Positions 14,703-17,770 of a DNA stretch of 17,770 nt are shown one piece after another (the stretch's first letter is position 1; the number at the start of each line of letters is the position of its first letter). The notes below the pieces were generated by a model that was given only the letters and a program-made list of their open reading frames with translations, had not been told where the DNA came from and searched no databases. Origin of the DNA: Candidatus Iainarchaeum sp. (GTDB taxonomy: Archaea; Iainarchaeota; Iainarchaeia; Iainarchaeales; Iainarchaeaceae). The stretch lies in NCBI GenBank assembly GCA_043812975.1, contig JBDRLP010000065.1, positions 1-17,770 of the forward strand. The letters run 5' to 3'. Position numbers and translations under genes: made by a program.

Positions 14703-14900
14703 ATGGGTTTTTTGGATAAACTGACCGGAAAAAAAGAAGAAGAAAAAGAAGAAAAAAAAGCTCCTGAAATCCCTCAGGGAAAGTATTCTGAGGAATGTTC
14801 GGTTTGCGGCAACCTCGGAACTGAAAAAAAGTGGATGGGGCAGTATTTTCATAAGGCTTGCCTCAGAAAAATGAAGAAGCAAGCAAAAAAAATGCTGTGA
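14703..14900 (+). CDS. Small Zn-finger-like protein (C-x2-C...H-x2-C), 65 aa
   Basis: MGFLDKL...ECSVCG...KWMGQYFHKACLRK; fills the gap divergent from ychF. Confidence 0.75.
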   Translation: MGFLDKLTGKKEEEKEEKKAPEIPQGKYSEECSVCGNLGTEKKWMGQYFHKACLRKMKKQAKKML

Positions 14901-14902
14901 AC

Positions 14903-15631
14903 TTATTCTGAATTCCAAATTAGGTTAAAATAGTTTAAATGTGATTTTGCAGTTTCTTTGTTTGGAATTTTTATTGCAAAAGGATTTGAGGACCATTGAA
15001 TAAGCACGACATTGTTTCCATAGATTATTGTTGTACTCGGATTAACATATTCGTTGTCAACAAATTTGACTTTCATTAATTTGAATATAACTAAATCCTT
15101 TTTCACTTTTTTTGCAAAAATCGCCCTGTGCTTAATTTTTTTCTTAACTCTTCTGTTGTGCCACTGAAAGAAATAAGCCCCGAAAAATTTCCTTAACTGT
15201 AATTCCGCGGCTAAAATAGAAATCGGTTTTCCGGTTTCCAGAATTTCTTCAAAAATTGATTTTAATCCCGTTTTTCCGACAAAAATGCTTGCTTCCAGAG
15301 ATTGTTTTTCTTTTGGAGTGTTTTTTTCCAATTTTTTTATTTCCAAGAATAAGTTACTTTTGTTTTTTTCAAATTCTTTGTGTTTTTCTGCAACAAAAAT
15401 TTTAAGGTAATCCAAAGATTTGGCTTCAAACCATTTTATTTTATTTCTCACAATATAGGATATTATTCCTTTTGATAAGAGTCTGTCTAATGCTTCATAA
15501 ACATTGGTCCTGTTTATTCCTGTTTGTGCACTGATTTTGTTGGGATAACTAGAATCTTTTTTTAGGAGGTACAGGTAAATTTTTATTTCGGAAGGGCTCA
15601 ATCCTAATTTTTCTAAACTTTTTTCTAACAC
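14903..15631 (-). CDS. TrmB-family transcriptional regulator
   Basis: LEKLGLSPSEIKIYLYLL...ISAQTGINRTNVYEALDRLLSKGII HTH; IFVGKTGLKSIF; IYGNNV. Likely GTG start at 15631 after GGAG; the ORF track extends to 15682. Confidence 0.9.
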   Translation of the reverse strand: MLEKSLEKLGLSPSEIKIYLYLLKKDSSYPNKISAQTGINRTNVYEALDRLLSKGIISYIVRNKIKWFEAKSLDYLKIFVAEKHKEFEKNKSNLFLEIKKLEKNTPKEKQSLEASIFVGKTGLKSIFEEILETGKPISILAAELQLRKFFGAYFFQWHNRRVKKKIKHRAIFAKKVKKDLVIFKLMKVKFVDNEYVNPSTTIIYGNNVVLIQWSSNPFAIKIPNKETAKSHLNYFNLIWNSE

Positions 15632-15645
15632 ATATAGACTCCGTT

Positions 15646-15689
15646 CAACTATATATTTAATTGTTGTGGTACTGCGCCACAACTAGATA
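15646..15689. promoter_or_regulatory. Divergent promoter region with candidate operator motifs
   Basis: CAACTATATA (15646-15655) and CAACTAGATA (15680-15689) direct repeat; inverted repeat GTTGTGG/CCACAAC (15663-15683); TATA-like TTAAATATAT on the minus strand. Confidence 0.45.
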
Positions 15690-15717
15690 TTATCTTGTAT
15701 TTTGGTGCAATTATTTC

Positions 15718-15873
15718 ATGTACACGTGCTCGTATTGTGGAATGAAGTTTCACATGGCCGGCCCTCCACAGGATGTGCATCGGCATATTGGTATTCACAC
15801 AGGCATCTATGCAAAAATGATTTATTCAAATGCAAAGTTTATGTCAGCTTCCCAAAAGATACGTGAGTGGTGA
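15718..15873 (+). CDS. C2H2-type zinc-finger microprotein (51 aa)
   Basis: MYTCSYCGMKF...VHRHIGIHTG; its stop lies within the GGTGA SD of the next gene. Confidence 0.65.
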   Translation: MYTCSYCGMKFHMAGPPQDVHRHIGIHTGIYAKMIYSNAKFMSASQKIREW

Positions 15874-15874
15874 T

Positions 15875-16219
15875 GTGGCATTATACTATTTTCTCCCGAT
15901 TTTGGCAACCTTGTTTTTCGGGACAATTATGAATTCATTTTTAACTACTGCGATGGGAAATCCAAGGGCGCGTATTGACCGAGCATTTTTTTTCACAGTA
16001 GGAAAGTTATTTCTTTTATATTTTTTTATCAAGTTTGTTTCAGGAAATTTAGGAGTTCTTTTTTTGTTTATTTTTTATTATTTGTTATTTTTAGCTATCT
16101 ATAAAACATCTTTTGTAAGAGGATTAAGATTTCTTTTTTTAAGTACAATTTTTGGAACTACAATAAGATTAATTCTTATGCCGCAAGCTACTCGGGAATT
16201 AATTCATTTTATTTATTAG
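15875..16219 (+). CDS. Small 4-TM membrane protein (paralog 3)
   Basis: GTG at 15875 after GGTGA gives 114 aa collinear with paralogs 1 and 2 (LYYFLP, FFGT, GNPRA). Confidence 0.75.
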   Translation: MALYYFLPILATLFFGTIMNSFLTTAMGNPRARIDRAFFFTVGKLFLLYFFIKFVSGNLGVLFLFIFYYLLFLAIYKTSFVRGLRFLFLSTIFGTTIRLILMPQATRELIHFIY

Positions 16220-16560
16220 ACTCTACCATACTTATCTTCATATCTGGTAATATCGTTCTCATTAAACTTGCCGAATGAAATTTCTAAAAATCGTGCATTT
16301 TCTTTTGCCATTATTCTGTGCTTTGCTTTTGTTGGAATAAGGATTGTTTCGCCTTTTTTGAGTTTTTTCTTTTTTCCAGAAACCTGTGCAATTAATCCCT
16401 CATCCAGTGCAACCCAGAGTTCCTTTCTGTGCTTATGTGATTGTAATGAGAGAATTTCGCCTTTTTTTACAGTAATAATCTTCACAGTAGTTTTTTCATT
16501 AGTGGAATATTCTTCAAATTTACCCCAGGGTTTTTCAACTAATTTAGGTCTTTTTGACAT
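16216..16560 (-). CDS. Cupin, mannose-6-phosphate isomerase type II C-terminal-like
   Basis: KPWGKF, LSLQSHKHRKELW, HRI, LEISFG.F.ENDI.RYEDKYGR. Confidence 0.9.
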   Translation of the reverse strand: MSKRPKLVEKPWGKFEEYSTNEKTTVKIITVKKGEILSLQSHKHRKELWVALDEGLIAQVSGKKKKLKKGETILIPTKAKHRIMAKENARFLEISFGKFNENDITRYEDKYGRV

Positions 16561-16620
16561 TGATTAAAATATGTTAAAAAGCTTTAAATATTGTTACTGG
16601 TAGAATTCTGTTTGATTTAA

Positions 16621-17235
16621 ATGATAAAACTCAGAAATTTGTTGACTACTTTTATCGGAAAAAGGCCTATTGAGTCAATCACAAATGATAATATTTCTCT
16701 GAAAGACGGTCTGTTGAATTACGCGATTCCTTTTCTTTTGGTAACGGTTTTGCTTTCAATTGAAGTGGTTATTTTCAGAATAGGTTCTGGTCTTCTTGGC
16801 GGAGAAGATTTAGTGGCAATGCTTATTGGTTTAATAATTCTTGTTATTGGTCTGTTAGTTGCAATACCGTTAATGTTTATTGTTCAGGTTATTGCAATAT
16901 ATGTTCTTGGAGCAGTAATGTTTTTAGTTGGCGGGTTATACCGAAAAGAAAGAGGAAGTATGAATGATTTCAACGGAGCGTTACTAACATTATTTGCTTC
17001 AATTGTTTTGATTGTTGGTTTATTATTATTGATTCCGATTGTAGGTTGGATAGCAGCAATTGTTGCAAAAATTTATGCTATCGTTCTTATTTATAATTTT
17101 GTAAGAGCCAGATTTAATCTTTCGGATTCCCAATCAGCAATCGTTGTTTTGATTCCGATTGATTTGATTATGGCGGTTGTTTTAATTCTTGCAACAGCTG
17201 TTTCATTCCTTTTAATCGGTTCAAGAGTATTGTAA
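16621..17235 (+). CDS. Yip1-like membrane protein
   Basis: ~5 TM helices; GS..DF, LIPIVGWI and RFNLSDSQSAIVVLIP pattern. Confidence 0.7.
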   Translation: MIKLRNLLTTFIGKRPIESITNDNISLKDGLLNYAIPFLLVTVLLSIEVVIFRIGSGLLGGEDLVAMLIGLIILVIGLLVAIPLMFIVQVIAIYVLGAVMFLVGGLYRKERGSMNDFNGALLTLFASIVLIVGLLLLIPIVGWIAAIVAKIYAIVLIYNFVRARFNLSDSQSAIVVLIPIDLIMAVVLILATAVSFLLIGSRVL

Positions 17236-17769
17236 TTACTTAACTAGTTTTTTAATCCAGTAAGGTATTTCTTTTGCAAAATCAGAAGCAATATAAGAGA
17301 AACCCATTTTTTTGTAAAGTGAATCTCCGATTTTTCCGTTAACAAAAGCACCTGCTTCTGCTGACTGCATTAAGCTCAATCCAAGTGCGCTAAAACCAAC
17401 ACATAAACCTGCTAAAGAATCCCCTGTTCCTGCCACGGTCATTCCTGCATTTCCTGTTTTGTTCAGAATAATTTTTTTACCGTCAGAAATAACATCATTT
17501 TTTCCTTTGAGTAAAATAACGCAATTATGTTTTATTGCAATTGCTTTCACAATTTTTGTTTTTTTATTTAAAGTTTTTCCAGAAATTTTTTCTCCTGAAA
17601 AAATTTCAAATTCCTTTTCATGTGGGGTTAGTAAAACATTTCCTTTGAATGTCATTCCTGCACATGCCTTAATCCCGTCAGCATCAATCACAATTTTTTT
17701 CTTACGCTTTTTCACAAACTCCTTTACAAACAGTTGTGTCTGCTTTTCTTCACCCAAACCAGGACCTAT
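17236..17769 (-). CDS. nnrD: ADP-dependent NAD(P)H-hydrate dehydratase (YjeF C-terminal domain); 5'-truncated by the window edge
   Basis: IGPGLG at the window edge, VIDADG, LLTPHEKEF, LLKGKNDVI, GNAGMTVAGTGDSLAG. Confidence 0.93.
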   Translation of the reverse strand: MGPGLGEEKQTQLFVKEFVKKRKKKIVIDADGIKACAGMTFKGNVLLTPHEKEFEIFSGEKISGKTLNKKTKIVKAIAIKHNCVILLKGKNDVISDGKKIILNKTGNAGMTVAGTGDSLAGLCVGFSALGLSLMQSAEAGAFVNGKIGDSLYKKMGFSYIASDFAKEIPYWIKKLVK

Positions 17770-17770
17770 A

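Noticed and set aside
12071..16567. ORFs 12071-12559, 12738-13055, 13545-13763, 14393-14620, 14598-14918 and 16268-16567
   Set aside because: Antisense shadows; the poly-Phe in 14598-14918 is simply the complement of the Lys/Glu run in the Zn-finger protein.

Overview
AT-rich archaeal chromosomal window. The archaeal assignment rests on a BHB-intron tRNA-Gln with an A1-U72 pair, archaeal YchF, a TrmB regulator and TATA-type promoters; a DPANN-like organism is my inference. The left third is a tRNA-dependent amidation operon: bacterial-type aspS (5'-truncated), gatC, gatA, inositol monophosphatase, a DUF218-like gene and gatB. Its GatB carries an in-frame YbaK/ProX-type aminoacyl-tRNA editing domain inserted inside the zinc-binding loop, which is the most striking signal here. 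Two junctions of this operon (gatC/gatA and gatA/IMPase) contain related GC-rich palindromic inserts flanked by 15-20 bp direct repeats, and each forms a mini-ORF that preserves stop/start coupling. A third duplication-plus-hairpin insert sits on the 5' end of tRNA-Gln. The middle holds an ECF-sigma-like gene, a lipoprotein PLD nuclease, an AbiE-like toxin-antitoxin pair bracketed by 24-bp imperfect direct repeats, a membrane protein/wHTH pair, tRNA-Ile(GAT) and tRNA-Gln(TTG). The right part has ychF, three paralogous ~115-aa membrane proteins, two Zn-finger microproteins, a TrmB regulator, a cupin, a Yip1-like protein and a partial nnrD. All family assignments come from motif recognition by eye, not from database searches.
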